Of a stretch of 64,000 nucleotides of DNA, positions 1-11,194 are shown piece after piece. The notes under the pieces are model-generated. The model was not told the DNA's origin, did no database searches, and saw nothing but the letters and a program-made list of their open reading frames with translations. The stretch is taken from assembly GCA_002104945.1 (NCBI GenBank), contig MCFH01000035.1, positions 496,001 to 560,000 on the forward strand, read 5' to 3'. Both the position numbers and the translations under genes were made by a program. Every line of letters begins with the position of its first letter. Within the stretch, counting starts at the first letter, position 1. Source of the DNA: Piromyces finnis finn (lineage: Eukaryota > Fungi > Neocallimastigomycota).

Positions 1-2848
1 CTTTTTTTTTAATTATTAGATTTTTTATAATATTATAAATCAATAATAAATTAGTATTATTGATTAAAGTATTATAATAAAATTACTAATATTTGTATTT
101 TTTTTATATAGATGTTAATCTAGACGTATAGTAAGCCTTTATGGTATAAAATTTTAAAAAATTTTAGTAAATAAGAATATTTTTTATAATTAGTAAATAA
201 ATATATCTTTATTGAAAATTTTTAATGTTTTAACAATAAAGTATAAGTGAATTTAATTAAAATGAATAAAAACAAGGAAAGTTTGTTCTACTATATAAAG
301 TATTCTATGAATTATATTAATGCATTGAAAAAAAAATCAAGGATAAAATAAAAAAACACCCAAATTTACTATTTCTTATAAAGTTTATTGATATTATTAT
401 ATCAAATAAGTTATTAAAACAACTCATTTTTACATTTTTGGATAATAGTATTTTCATTTCTTTTTCTTCCTGTTTATACTTTAAGTCTAGATTATTTTTT
501 TTTTTATTATCCAATGAGTGCCATTATTTACTTTTAAACTTAGTTTATTCCATTTATTTTTTCTTTTTTATATTACAAAAATAAATATAATATTTTTTGT
601 ATACAATACTTTTTCTTTCTATGAATTACTTGATATAGAAAAAAAAAGTGGTCAAAACATTTTATTATTTAGAGATTATTTAGTTATTTAGTAGTCATCT
701 TTTCCTAATAAAATTTATAGGTAGTGATTTCTACAAAAAAAAAAAATAATGTAATGAAATGTAAAGAATATGTAATTTAAAAAAAATAATTTAAATGTAT
801 TATCCATATTATCATATTATAATATAATTGGTCGATTAATTATTCTTGAATAAACTAAATATATAGTATTAATAAAAAGGGTTCTTTGTTTTAACAAAGT
901 TTAGTACAAGATGAGAGTGATATTTACCTTCTTGAGAAGAGAAACTTTGATACATAATGAATAGAGTTTATAATAAAAATTTTATATTATTTAAAATTTT
1001 TAGTTCTTTCAACATAAAAACTAACCCTTTTCATAAAAGAATTCTTTATATAATATATTAGAATATATATATTATAACGTTTTATACCAATCAATCAATA
1101 CTATTAAGGAAATTCTGTATTTTAATTACAAAATTTATATATAAATATTATATATATTATACTTTATTATAAAATATACAAAATGGGAAATGTTTTTTTT
1201 TGCCTTCTATAACGAAGTTAATAATTTACTAAGATACTTAAGGGATTAAGGGATGATATTTTAGAAGTCAAAATAAAAAACAAAAAACAAATTATAAAGT
1301 TTTAATATTGATTCTATCTTACTATAGAATTAGTTTTAATAATTTGTATACTTTAAATTTTAAATTTATTGTGTTGGAACTGTCATTTTTATTTTTCAAA
1401 CACCATTCGTATTTCTGAGTTTTGAAAGATATAGTTTTCTTAACTTTATACTATTATAATATGAATTCATCACCCGACAAATTATACTTTATTATATTTA
1501 ATTTCTAATATGAATATGTAATAGTTATTTGATTCCTTTTTTTTTTTAAAAAAAAAAAATTCTTAATTTATTTTACTTTATTGAAATATATTTATATATT
1601 TCTTTATATTGTAATTATATTGTAATAAATACGATAAAATGAAAAAAAAAAAAAGATATTTTAAAATTTTAGACAATATTAAGATATATAATCATTAAAA
1701 ATAAATAAAAGAAAAAAAAAGGTTTATTATTGTTACTTTATAATTATTTTATAGTAATAATAATTATTAATATTCCATACCATTACCTAATTATGCTGAG
1801 TTTTTGAAAATTAGTTTATGGAGTAATTTTATTTAATATTTATTATTGTTTTTTTATATAGTTTTTATAATATGTTAATAAAAATTAGCACATTTCATAA
1901 TAATGTAAACCTTTTTAAAAGACAATATAAGTTTTTAATAGACAATGCAGTTCAATATAATGTGAATTTATAAAATATATAAGTTTAATTAGGATTCATG
2001 AATTGAATAGATAACATGCACTTATTTAATTATTTTATTGGATTTTGTATATTAAGAATATAATGTAAATATATCATTTCATTTTGGTTTATAACGTTTG
2101 AAATATTGTTTATATTATTATATTATTTAATCCAATGAAATAAATGAACGGAGGTTAGATAATTTTTATTGTTATTTTAATTTTAAAATAACTTATTCAA
2201 CACAAAAGTAAGAGTTATTTATTAAATATTATATTTAGAACAAAACAAAAAAAAAAGCTGAAGAAAAAAACAAAAAAATTATTTTGAATAATAGCATTAA
2301 TAATAAAAGTAATAAAGAGAAAACATAATAGTATTATTCATTAAAATAAAAACAACAATTACCTATTAGAAAAAAAAATAAAATAAACCTAGTTATAATT
2401 AATTCTATAAAACTTGTATTAAAACTTTACAAAATTTTGTAAATGAAAAATATAAAAATTATATATTTTTATATAGAGAATTGTAAAATAATATATTGCA
2501 TTATATTGTAATATATAATATAATTTATTTAATAATTTAAACGAAAAGTAATTCTGTATTGTTAAATTAAAGTGTGTATGAATCATCAAAAAAAAAATTA
2601 AAAAAAAACTTGATTGATTAATCATACATTCCTAAGATTTAAATTTAAATTATTCGTTGATAGAAATATATAATTTTTTTTCGTATAAATAGATAATGTT
2701 TTTTACATTTTTTTTATTCTTTGAAACGCATTAACTATTATAATATTATTAGTCTCATTAAAATTACAAAAATATATACTTTTTTTTATTATTTACATAA
2801 TTATTACTCATATCTTATAAATTTTCATTCATAATTATCTTACCAAAA

Positions 2849-4228
2849 ATGTTTTTAAAAAATTTATTTACCATTCTCTGTTTCTTATCTTTTTCATCAG
2901 TTATTTTTGCCAATGCAATAAACCAAGGTGAATGCGATGAAATTTTAAAATTGAGTGGTATTGAAGGCTGTACTCCTAATAAAGATGGCTCTATTGACAC
3001 AGTTAATATAGGTTCAACTGAATTTACTCAAGATTCTATTAATAAACTTAGCAAATATGATATTAGAAATATCACTATTAGAATGATTACCATAGCTAAT
3101 GTCACTAATTTTGAACCAATTAGTAGTATTACCAACCTTCATTCAATTAATATAGAATCAGATGTAATCAAGCAAATTCCAAAGAATTTCATTAAATATT
3201 TAAAACATCTTAAATCTTTAAGAATCCTTCATATTGAGTTAAATCAAGAAATTATTGAAGAAGTTTCAACTTTAGCTGATCTCGAAAAATTGATGTTTAT
3301 TTACTGTAGTTTTGATAGTACTCTTGATTACAACCCATTAAAGAAATTATCTAAGCTTGAATTATTAACAATGGAAGCCTATGAATATCATCATCATCGT
3401 TATAACAAAAGATTTACTGAAATTCCAGAATTTATTTTTGAATTAAAGAATTTAAAACAACTTACTATTGGTGATCATGAAATTACAAAGATTCCAGAAA
3501 AATTATCAAACCTTAAAAAACTTGAAGTTCTTAATTTAAGTGCTAATAAGATTGATGATGTCCTCCCAGAATCCTTAAACACATTACCAGAACTCAGAGA
3601 AATTTATCTTCAATACAATGTAAACATTAAAGGTAAAACTTTAACCAATGCTAAACTTGAAAGTTGTAGATACGATGATAGCTATACTTTATGTAAAGCT
3701 AAAGATATGACTTGTTTAGAAGGTTATTACTTTGAAAAATGTTCTGATATGGATAATGAAAATTACACTACTAATGGCCAATGTGGTAATGGCAATGGCA
3801 GATGTCCAGATGGTTTTTGCTGTAGTAAGGATGGCTGGTGTGGTAAGACTGAATCTCACTGTTCCATTCTTAATGGATGTCAATACCAATTTGGTACTTG
3901 CAAGGGTGAATCAAATCAAGAACCACAAGAACAAGAAACAAGCAATGGTAAATGTGGTAAGGGAATTGGAAAATGCCAAGAAGGTCAATGTTGCAATAAA
4001 TATGGTTACTGTGGTAAAACTGATAATCATTGTTTAGTTTCACATGGATGTCAATCTGAATTTGGAACTTGCCATTTAGACAAAATTAGCGTTGATGGTA
4101 AATGTGGTCCTTTAGATGGAAGATGTCCAAATGGTCAATGCTGTAGTAAATATGGTTGGTGTGGTAGTGGTAGTAATTACTGTGATGCCGGTTGCCAATC
4201 TTTATATGGTAAATGCAATGGAAATTAA
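2849..4228 (+). CDS. Secreted leucine-rich-repeat protein with three C-terminal chitin-binding (hevein/CBM18-like) domains
   Basis: Intronless 459-aa ORF. Hydrophobic N-terminal signal peptide, LxxLxxLxLxxN-type repeats (e.g. LKKLEVLNLSANKI), then three CG...C...CCSKxGWCG...C...GC modules. Confidence 0.88.
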   Translation: MFLKNLFTILCFLSFSSVIFANAINQGECDEILKLSGIEGCTPNKDGSIDTVNIGSTEFTQDSINKLSKYDIRNITIRMITIANVTNFEPISSITNLHSINIESDVIKQIPKNFIKYLKHLKSLRILHIELNQEIIEEVSTLADLEKLMFIYCSFDSTLDYNPLKKLSKLELLTMEAYEYHHHRYNKRFTEIPEFIFELKNLKQLTIGDHEITKIPEKLSNLKKLEVLNLSANKIDDVLPESLNTLPELREIYLQYNVNIKGKTLTNAKLESCRYDDSYTLCKAKDMTCLEGYYFEKCSDMDNENYTTNGQCGNGNGRCPDGFCCSKDGWCGKTESHCSILNGCQYQFGTCKGESNQEPQEQETSNGKCGKGIGKCQEGQCCNKYGYCGKTDNHCLVSHGCQSEFGTCHLDKISVDGKCGPLDGRCPNGQCCSKYGWCGSGSNYCDAGCQSLYGKCNGN

Positions 4229-5211
4229 GATTAAAGTAAAAGAAAGTATAGTAAATATAATGAAACTTTTAAAAAGAGAAAAAAATTTAAAATAAACAAA
4301 ATCAAAATAAATATAAAAGAATTCAAATGGAAATAAAATATAAGATATTATAATTCCTTGAATCATTAATATCTTATGAAAAAAATTCTCATTAATTAAA
4401 GAAAGAAATCTTTAATAGAAAATAGAAATCCATATAGTCATAATTAGGCATTGTATAATAATATTTTATATAACTAAAAATGATTTTTATTTTCTATACG
4501 CTATATGTATATTATAAGAATATTGTATTATTATTATATAGTCTTTATATAATATAATACAATAATACAATGTTATAATTACATGCAATTACAACACTAA
4601 AGCTCATCTTATTTAAAAAATAATAGTATTAAGCATATTTATATTTTTTTTGCTATTCATGTTATATTTTAAACATTATTATTATCAAAAAATTTCTATT
4701 CATAGAAAAGTATATTTGAGCTAATTCTGCTAAATGTAATTTTCATATAAGCACTTATTAAATATTATTCATAATTAAAAAAATCATTTTATATTAATAC
4801 ATTATAAATATCCATTAAATATTTCTATATTTATATTATTTTTTATAATAATATCGTTTTTACTATGACTATATTAAAAGCTAATATTATTATAAAATAT
4901 TTGAAATAAAAAATCTAATTAAAGAAAATTATAAAAGAAAACTTATCCATACATGATTCATTAATTGTTTTAAAGAGTAAAAAAAAAGGTGTCTATTTTA
5001 TTTTAACTATTTGCTAATATTTGTGTAAAGATAAAAGTTTATCAATGTAGTTGTTTGAATATTATGTTAAAGATTTCAAACAGTGGTATTATAATTTTTA
5101 ATTAGGTTAATATTAATAATAACGAAGGTATCTAATATATGATATTAAGTATTAATATATTATATATAATTATATTATTTATATATAAATAATAAGTATA
5201 TTATGTATAAT

Positions 5212-5457
5212 CCCTCTTGGGAACGTGCCTTCATTTATTTAATAAATGTAGTTTCTCAAGGGGGTCTACTCATGCTCATGGTACTGAGAGAGTAGAAAGA
5301 ATTAAATCCAAGTATTGCGCAATGGATGCTTGGTGCCCTCTTAGGAATGTGCCTTCATTTATTTAATAAATGTAATTTCTCAAGGGGGTCTACTCATGCT
5401 CATGGTACTGAGAGAGTAGAAAGAATTAAATCCAAGCATTGCGCAATGGATGCTTGG
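5212..5457 (+). repeat. Two tandem 124-bp monomers forming the LINE 5' end
   Basis: Units start at 5212 and 5336 (CCCTCTT[G/A]GGAA...) and differ at 4 positions. Copy 2 has one unit starting at 11195. Confidence 0.92.
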
Positions 5458-6103
5458 TTAGTCTTCAAGGGAAAATTATTAGGACTAAGCTCATGGTACT
5501 GAGCGATTAAAAAACATTTTATTCATCAAATTTAAGTATTTGATGAATAAGTGAATGTTTGATTTTTCAGGTAAGTTTGTATAGTATTTAATTAGAAGAG
5601 TAATACATTTTGTTGCTGTATTTTTTCTTTTATTCATGTATTCATGTAGTACTACTCTTCTCTTGTAAGAATCCAATGTAGTCAACTTTAGCATTTGCAT
5701 TGTACTTTTATATTCATGTAGCTATTGTTGTATTGTTTCTTGTAAGAGACTGATTCACTCTACATCATGTAAAAATACTATTCACAAGCTTTCTGGTGTC
5801 GACATTCTTGATTCAAATTTTTTACCAATTTAAATATTTAATGAAAAGTAAAGTCAAACAAGTTTAGTGTCAAAAAGCGATTCGAATTTACTAACAACAA
5901 ACCAAAACTAGAATTTTTAAAGAAAATTTACAACTAGAATTCAAAAAATAAGAAACTTTAAACAAAGCATCGTAACAATTTTTGTACTATCCAGTACTTT
6001 TAAGAAGAGAGAGAGAGACAGATTTTTTTCCATATACGTTATATTTGTAATTTTTATTAGTATTTATTTTATATTCAATATTTTTTAATTAGAATTTATT
6101 ATC

Positions 6104-9100
6104 ATGTCAGTCCTTTATATTAAAGATAAGAATTATATCAGACGTGGTACCCGGTCTTATGGTATCCCCTTAGATGATATTCGCTCCTTCTTTATCCGTG
6201 GTATTCGATCATGGTCAGTAAATATGCTATGGGAAAAACTCGAGGTTATTCTAGAAGATAAATTTAATTCAGTTATTAGTGTTAAATATTTTCAAACTTT
6301 CAATGATCACTTTTTCTTAGTCAAGGTTCATGGTTCATCAAAAGATTGTATTAAAATCTTACACATGTTAAAGAAGAAACTTTCAGTTACCTCAATTTCC
6401 TTTTCAGCTCGTAGTAGAAGGAATCACAAATACACTTTTTCCACTCTCAAACGTAAAATTTTAGTTTCTAATAAACATCAACATTCTATTCAACAATCAT
6501 TTCAACAATCAGTTCAACAATCAGTTCAACAATCTCATCAACAATCCGATCTTCAACGAGATCTTCAACAGGATCTTCAACAAGTTTCCCATCATGAAAA
6601 TATTCCAGATCTACAGCAAACACAATTTCAATCTCAACATTCAACAATTAATTCTAATAGTTCTATCAACTCTGATAACAGTTCAATAGTTGATAGTTCT
6701 TCAGTTTCACAGCCATCTAGTAATAGTTCTACTTATTCCTCTGATGCATCATCCATTAATAACGATGACTTTAATAATAATAATAATAGCAACGATTCTT
6801 CCTCATCCAACAAGCCTGATAACTTTTCTTTTTGTCTTAGTTGGAACACCAATGGGTGGAATCATGAAAAGAGAGATAGTATTAGCTATTTCACAGCTAT
6901 TTTCAAACCATTATTCTTATGTTTCCAAGAAACTGGTAATGGTTCTGGATCGAATACAGATTATCCTTGTCGTGTTACTTTGCGAAACTATAGACACTTT
7001 TTCAAGAAAGCTGACGAATCAGTTCCGGGAATGAGAGGTTTATATTTAGGTTTTCACAATTCGTGTCAAGCCTCACTTGAAAACTTCTCTGGAAAGTATA
7101 TTATTTCTATTTATACTTTTAGTCTCTGGAATAGATTCAAATGCTCGATTGGAAATGTTTATATGCCTCATAGTCATCACAACATCTATGTTGATCATGC
7201 AAAGTTAGAAGTTCGCTTGTGGTTACAAACTCATTCATCCCATCCATCGATTCTTGTTGGTGATTTTAATATGTCTAAAGTAAAATTATCCAACTGGTTA
7301 TCAACTAATGGATTAGGAGATTGGGAAATTCTTCCGCTTAGAGGGTCTACTATCTCTTGGACTCGAGGTGAACAATCTTCCGACATTGACCATGCTCTTA
7401 TCAATTCGAAGATGAAAGATCTTATTCACTCAGGATCATTTATAAATAATTTTTATCCTGTATCAGACCATAAGCCACTTCTTATTAATGGTAAAATTAT
7501 TCCTATGGAAGATTTTTCTAATGACTTTAACGTTCCTAAGAAAATTCTGAAATGGAATAGATTAAAATGTATTGAGGAAAAGGAATCTATTCTCAGTCAT
7601 AATAAATTCCAAATACTTTCAGCAAAATTCAACGATCCTAATGTTTCTACAGATGATCTTTCCAAAGAATTTACTTCAACTGCTTTTTCAATTGCAGACG
7701 AGCTCAGTATTACCTCAGCAAATAATGTTATAAAGTCTTCATTTCATATTTCACAACAAATTTTTAATCTCCAAAAAATCAAAATGAAGTTGTATAAGAG
7801 ATTTAAAAAAGAAAGAATTTATGATATAGATGAATTTATTAAAAGAATTAAAATCTACCGTAAGCTCATTGATTACATCCACAAAAGATGTAATGAATTT
7901 AGGAAACAAGAATATCTTCATTGGATTAAAACAGGATGTGAGTATATGAAGAGTCATAATCCTAAGAAGGCCTGGAAATGGATCAAGAAAACTGCAAAAA
8001 TTGGAAAAGATTCTTTCTTTATTGCTCAACCAATTAAAAATAAAAATGGAGAGTTAGTTGTTGCTACGGAAGAACAACTAGATGTGTGGCATGATCATTT
8101 CGAAAATCTTGCATCAGATCCAAGTGGCGTAAGTCTTGATTTGGAGCATTGGTATGAAGAACCAACGAATAAACGTTTTTCACTCCCTATGCTTGATGAA
8201 TGGGATATCAACCAAGATATTAGTATTGATGAAGTCAAGTCAGCTATCCTCTCTACTCCGAATTATAAAGCATCAGGTCCGGATGGTATTCCAATTGAAT
8301 TTTACAAAGCATTAATTCCATCAAGTAATGATTCTAATAATGCTACAGATAATAATTCTTCCGGTAATACCACTTCAGATAATGATTCTTATGGTTTAAA
8401 TTTTATTCTTAAATTATACAACCGTATTTGGGATGGAGACTTCCCCAACTCATGGAATGAATCCAGTATTGTTTCTATTCCTAAGAAGGGAGATTTGACA
8501 GATTGTGATAACTATCGAGGTATATCACTTATCAATAATGGTATTAAGTTGATTTCCAAAATTGTCACCACTAGAATCTCAGAATATGGTCTAAAGAATA
8601 ATTTCATTAGACCTGAACAATTTGGTTTTCGAAAAAAGGAAGAAAGTATCAGTCTTTTCATTTCAATCCAAGAAATATGCCGTAGACGTCAATTAGATAA
8701 TAAAGAGACATATTTGGCCTTTTTAGATCTCAGGAAAGCATACGATTCAGTCCCAATCGGTAATATTCTCCATAAATTAGATTGTTTAGGAATCCGAGGT
8801 AAGAGTTTACAATTCATCAAAAATTTATATTTAACATCTAAGGCTAATGTCAAATTAGATGGACAATTCTCGAAATCTTTTGATGTGAAGAAAGGAGTCC
8901 GTCAAGGATGCCCTCTTTCTCCTATTCTCTTTAATCTCTTTATTAATGATATATTTAAAGAGTGTGAAGATCTCGGAGTCAGTTTAGGTGACACTCGATG
9001 CTGTGGTGGACTTTTTGCAGATGATATAGTTATTTGTGCTCCAACAAGAGGATGCTTAAAAAAGATGCTTAGAAGAGTTAATGAATGGGCCTTGTATAAT

Positions 9101-10630
9101 GAAATGGAATTTGGTATCCAGAAATGTTCAACGATGGTGATTCGTCCTGAATCAATAGAAAATCAGAACAAGAGAGATCCAACATTTTACTTAGCAGGAC
9201 AACCCATTCCAACTACTGATTGTTATACTTATCTTGGTGTTCCATTTGATAAGAATCTGTCCCTTAAACCAGTAATTAAAGCTCTTAATAACAAGGTTTT
9301 GAAAGGACTTTTCTCAGTCAGTAAATTCTTAAGAAATCCTAATATTCCTATTCCCTTCAAAAAGCTAGTACTTAACTCACAAGTGATTAGCAGAGTTTCA
9401 TACTTTGCACCATTACTTGGATCCAACAAAGCCAGGTCTAGGATTGCACAGAAGCATGTTAACAAAGGAATACGATGGGTTGCCGGAGTTCATAAAGCTG
9501 TATCGTTTATATCTTTATACTCTATCTCAAAAGATTTGAATATTCCTCCATTGTCAGCCAAATGTGCATTAGCTCAGGTTAGATGTTTTAACAAATGGAA
9601 AAACTCAAATTGTATTATCTCACACCTTGTCAATTACATTCCTAAATTTAGAAAATACACGTGGTGCAAATCAAGTAGGACACTTGATAAAAAACTAAAG
9701 AAACATGGAGATGTTAAAGCAGTTAAAAACTTTTATTGGAAAGATCTCAAAGGGAATTCAATCAAAGCGCAATATTATGATGATAATAAGTTTATTGATA
9801 CTAAAGATTTTATTAAATTATGTTATGAGTACCCAGAGTTTGCCTATGGCTTCTACTGGCTATTGAAAGCAAGAAGCGGATACAAGTTGGATGCTAGAGT
9901 TGCCAAAGCTGCCAAATTTGTTGATCCAGTTTGTCCTAACTACTGTCCATGTTGCAAGTGTGGAGATCAAAGTATTAAACATTGGTTATTAGATTGTCCA
10001 ACATTTAGAGATATCCGTATTAAACATTATGATTCCATAGTCCAGCTATTAAATTTTTTCAGTCAACGTAATTCCAATAGTCCTATCAATAATAATGAAA
10101 TTGATAATATCAGTAGAGATAGTAATAATATTAATAGTAATAGTAACAATAGTAATAATAACAATAGTAATAGTAACAATAGTAATAATAACAATAGTAG
10201 TAATAGAAATAATAATATTAGTAATGATAGCAATAGTGAAGATAATAATTCTAATTTAGATAGTAATTTAGTTAATGATAGTAATAGTTCTAATAATCCG
10301 GTGAATATTAATGTGTATGATTATTCTAGTGTGTGCAGTAAAATATTTAAATTCCTTCTTGGGGGAAGAAGTTTTAACAATATTAATTACAATTCAAGGG
10401 AATGGAAAGAACTTTGTAAGCGTCAGATTCAATCTGGTACTAACGAAGGAACACCATTCTTGACGGTAACCGCGGAACTTCTAACCAAAATCATGCCTTT
10501 TGCTATTGGCCAGCAATGGTCAATGTTCAAAAGGTTTGAAGCAACATCCAAGAGCGTCAATGCTGAAGAAACAGTAAGACAGGCCAGGAGGGCCAGCGCA
10601 ACCAATGGAGATCATAATTTTGTCCCATGA
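6104..10630 (+). CDS. LINE polyprotein: N-terminal extension, apurinic endonuclease, reverse transcriptase, C-terminal Cys/His zinc knuckle
   Basis: APE motifs SWNTNG, FQET, VGDFN, IDH, SDHKP. RT motifs GPDGIP, NYRGISL, QFGFR, LDLRKAYD, GVRQGCPLSP, FADD. C-terminal CPCCKCGDQSIKHWLLDC. Uninterrupted 1508 aa. Confidence 0.95.
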   Translation: MSVLYIKDKNYIRRGTRSYGIPLDDIRSFFIRGIRSWSVNMLWEKLEVILEDKFNSVISVKYFQTFNDHFFLVKVHGSSKDCIKILHMLKKKLSVTSISFSARSRRNHKYTFSTLKRKILVSNKHQHSIQQSFQQSVQQSVQQSHQQSDLQRDLQQDLQQVSHHENIPDLQQTQFQSQHSTINSNSSINSDNSSIVDSSSVSQPSSNSSTYSSDASSINNDDFNNNNNSNDSSSSNKPDNFSFCLSWNTNGWNHEKRDSISYFTAIFKPLFLCFQETGNGSGSNTDYPCRVTLRNYRHFFKKADESVPGMRGLYLGFHNSCQASLENFSGKYIISIYTFSLWNRFKCSIGNVYMPHSHHNIYVDHAKLEVRLWLQTHSSHPSILVGDFNMSKVKLSNWLSTNGLGDWEILPLRGSTISWTRGEQSSDIDHALINSKMKDLIHSGSFINNFYPVSDHKPLLINGKIIPMEDFSNDFNVPKKILKWNRLKCIEEKESILSHNKFQILSAKFNDPNVSTDDLSKEFTSTAFSIADELSITSANNVIKSSFHISQQIFNLQKIKMKLYKRFKKERIYDIDEFIKRIKIYRKLIDYIHKRCNEFRKQEYLHWIKTGCEYMKSHNPKKAWKWIKKTAKIGKDSFFIAQPIKNKNGELVVATEEQLDVWHDHFENLASDPSGVSLDLEHWYEEPTNKRFSLPMLDEWDINQDISIDEVKSAILSTPNYKASGPDGIPIEFYKALIPSSNDSNNATDNNSSGNTTSDNDSYGLNFILKLYNRIWDGDFPNSWNESSIVSIPKKGDLTDCDNYRGISLINNGIKLISKIVTTRISEYGLKNNFIRPEQFGFRKKEESISLFISIQEICRRRQLDNKETYLAFLDLRKAYDSVPIGNILHKLDCLGIRGKSLQFIKNLYLTSKANVKLDGQFSKSFDVKKGVRQGCPLSPILFNLFINDIFKECEDLGVSLGDTRCCGGLFADDIVICAPTRGCLKKMLRRVNEWALYNEMEFGIQKCSTMVIRPESIENQNKRDPTFYLAGQPIPTTDCYTYLGVPFDKNLSLKPVIKALNNKVLKGLFSVSKFLRNPNIPIPFKKLVLNSQVISRVSYFAPLLGSNKARSRIAQKHVNKGIRWVAGVHKAVSFISLYSISKDLNIPPLSAKCALAQVRCFNKWKNSNCIISHLVNYIPKFRKYTWCKSSRTLDKKLKKHGDVKAVKNFYWKDLKGNSIKAQYYDDNKFIDTKDFIKLCYEYPEFAYGFYWLLKARSGYKLDARVAKAAKFVDPVCPNYCPCCKCGDQSIKHWLLDCPTFRDIRIKHYDSIVQLLNFFSQRNSNSPINNNEIDNISRDSNNINSNSNNSNNNNSNSNNSNNNNSSNRNNNISNDSNSEDNNSNLDSNLVNDSNSSNNPVNINVYDYSSVCSKIFKFLLGGRSFNNINYNSREWKELCKRQIQSGTNEGTPFLTVTAELLTKIMPFAIGQQWSMFKRFEATSKSVNAEETVRQARRASATNGDHNFVP

Positions 10631-10866
10631 TAAAATTTTGATCTTTGGCTCGGTGTCCCATTGGAAGTCAAATACAATTATTATACTTTAGTATGATAGT
10701 GGCTTTCTTACTTTAATTAAAATTACTAGAATACATTATACCCAATTTTTATTCATTTGTGTTTATTTAAACATATTTTTTTTTATTTTTATTTTATTTT
10801 AATTTTTATATTACATGTATTATAATTTTAATTAAATTAATAATAAAGTTTAAAATATTTGATGCC

Positions 10867-10930
<64 letters not shown>

Positions 10931-11194
10931 TATGTATAATAAATTTAAGAAAAAAAATCAAAAAGATCCATCATCCAAAAAGCAATAAAGCTCTATGTTA
11001 ATAGTTAATAACAGTAATATCAATAGTAATAACAATAGAAATAATCATAATATTTAAATATAATATAATCCTAATTCTTTAGAATTCAAGTAATTCTTTT
11101 TATTTAAATAATAAGTCAATTGATACTAGTTTTTTTTTTTTCAATGAATATATGAAAAAAAAATTTTAAATTTCTTGTTGAGACAATAGTAATA

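Larger units (their letters stand above)
5212..10927 (+). mobile_element. Full-length non-LTR retrotransposon (LINE, APE-RT), copy 1
   Basis: Single long ORF, 3' UTR and poly(A) at 10870-10927. Flanked by a 13-14 bp target-site duplication (A)TATTATGTATAAT at 5198-5211 and 10927-10940. Near-identical second copy at 11195-16762. Confidence 0.95.

Noticed and set aside
317-960. Possible minus-strand gene running off the left edge (ORF 317-514; MYQSFSSQE|GT near 908-935)
   Set aside because: No recognisable motif and no consistent exon chain could be built.
5212-5335. Assignment of the LINE monomer to HDV-like, hammerhead, twister, twister-sister or hairpin ribozyme classes
   Set aside because: Partial word matches exist (CUGAGAG...GAAA, GCUCAUGG, GGUC...AGAA). 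The required cores and helix order could not be satisfied by hand on either strand.
5212-5457. CRISPR-like or LTR-like interpretation of the repeats
   Set aside because: The units are contiguous with no spacers and occur only at the 5' end of a poly(A)-tailed element.
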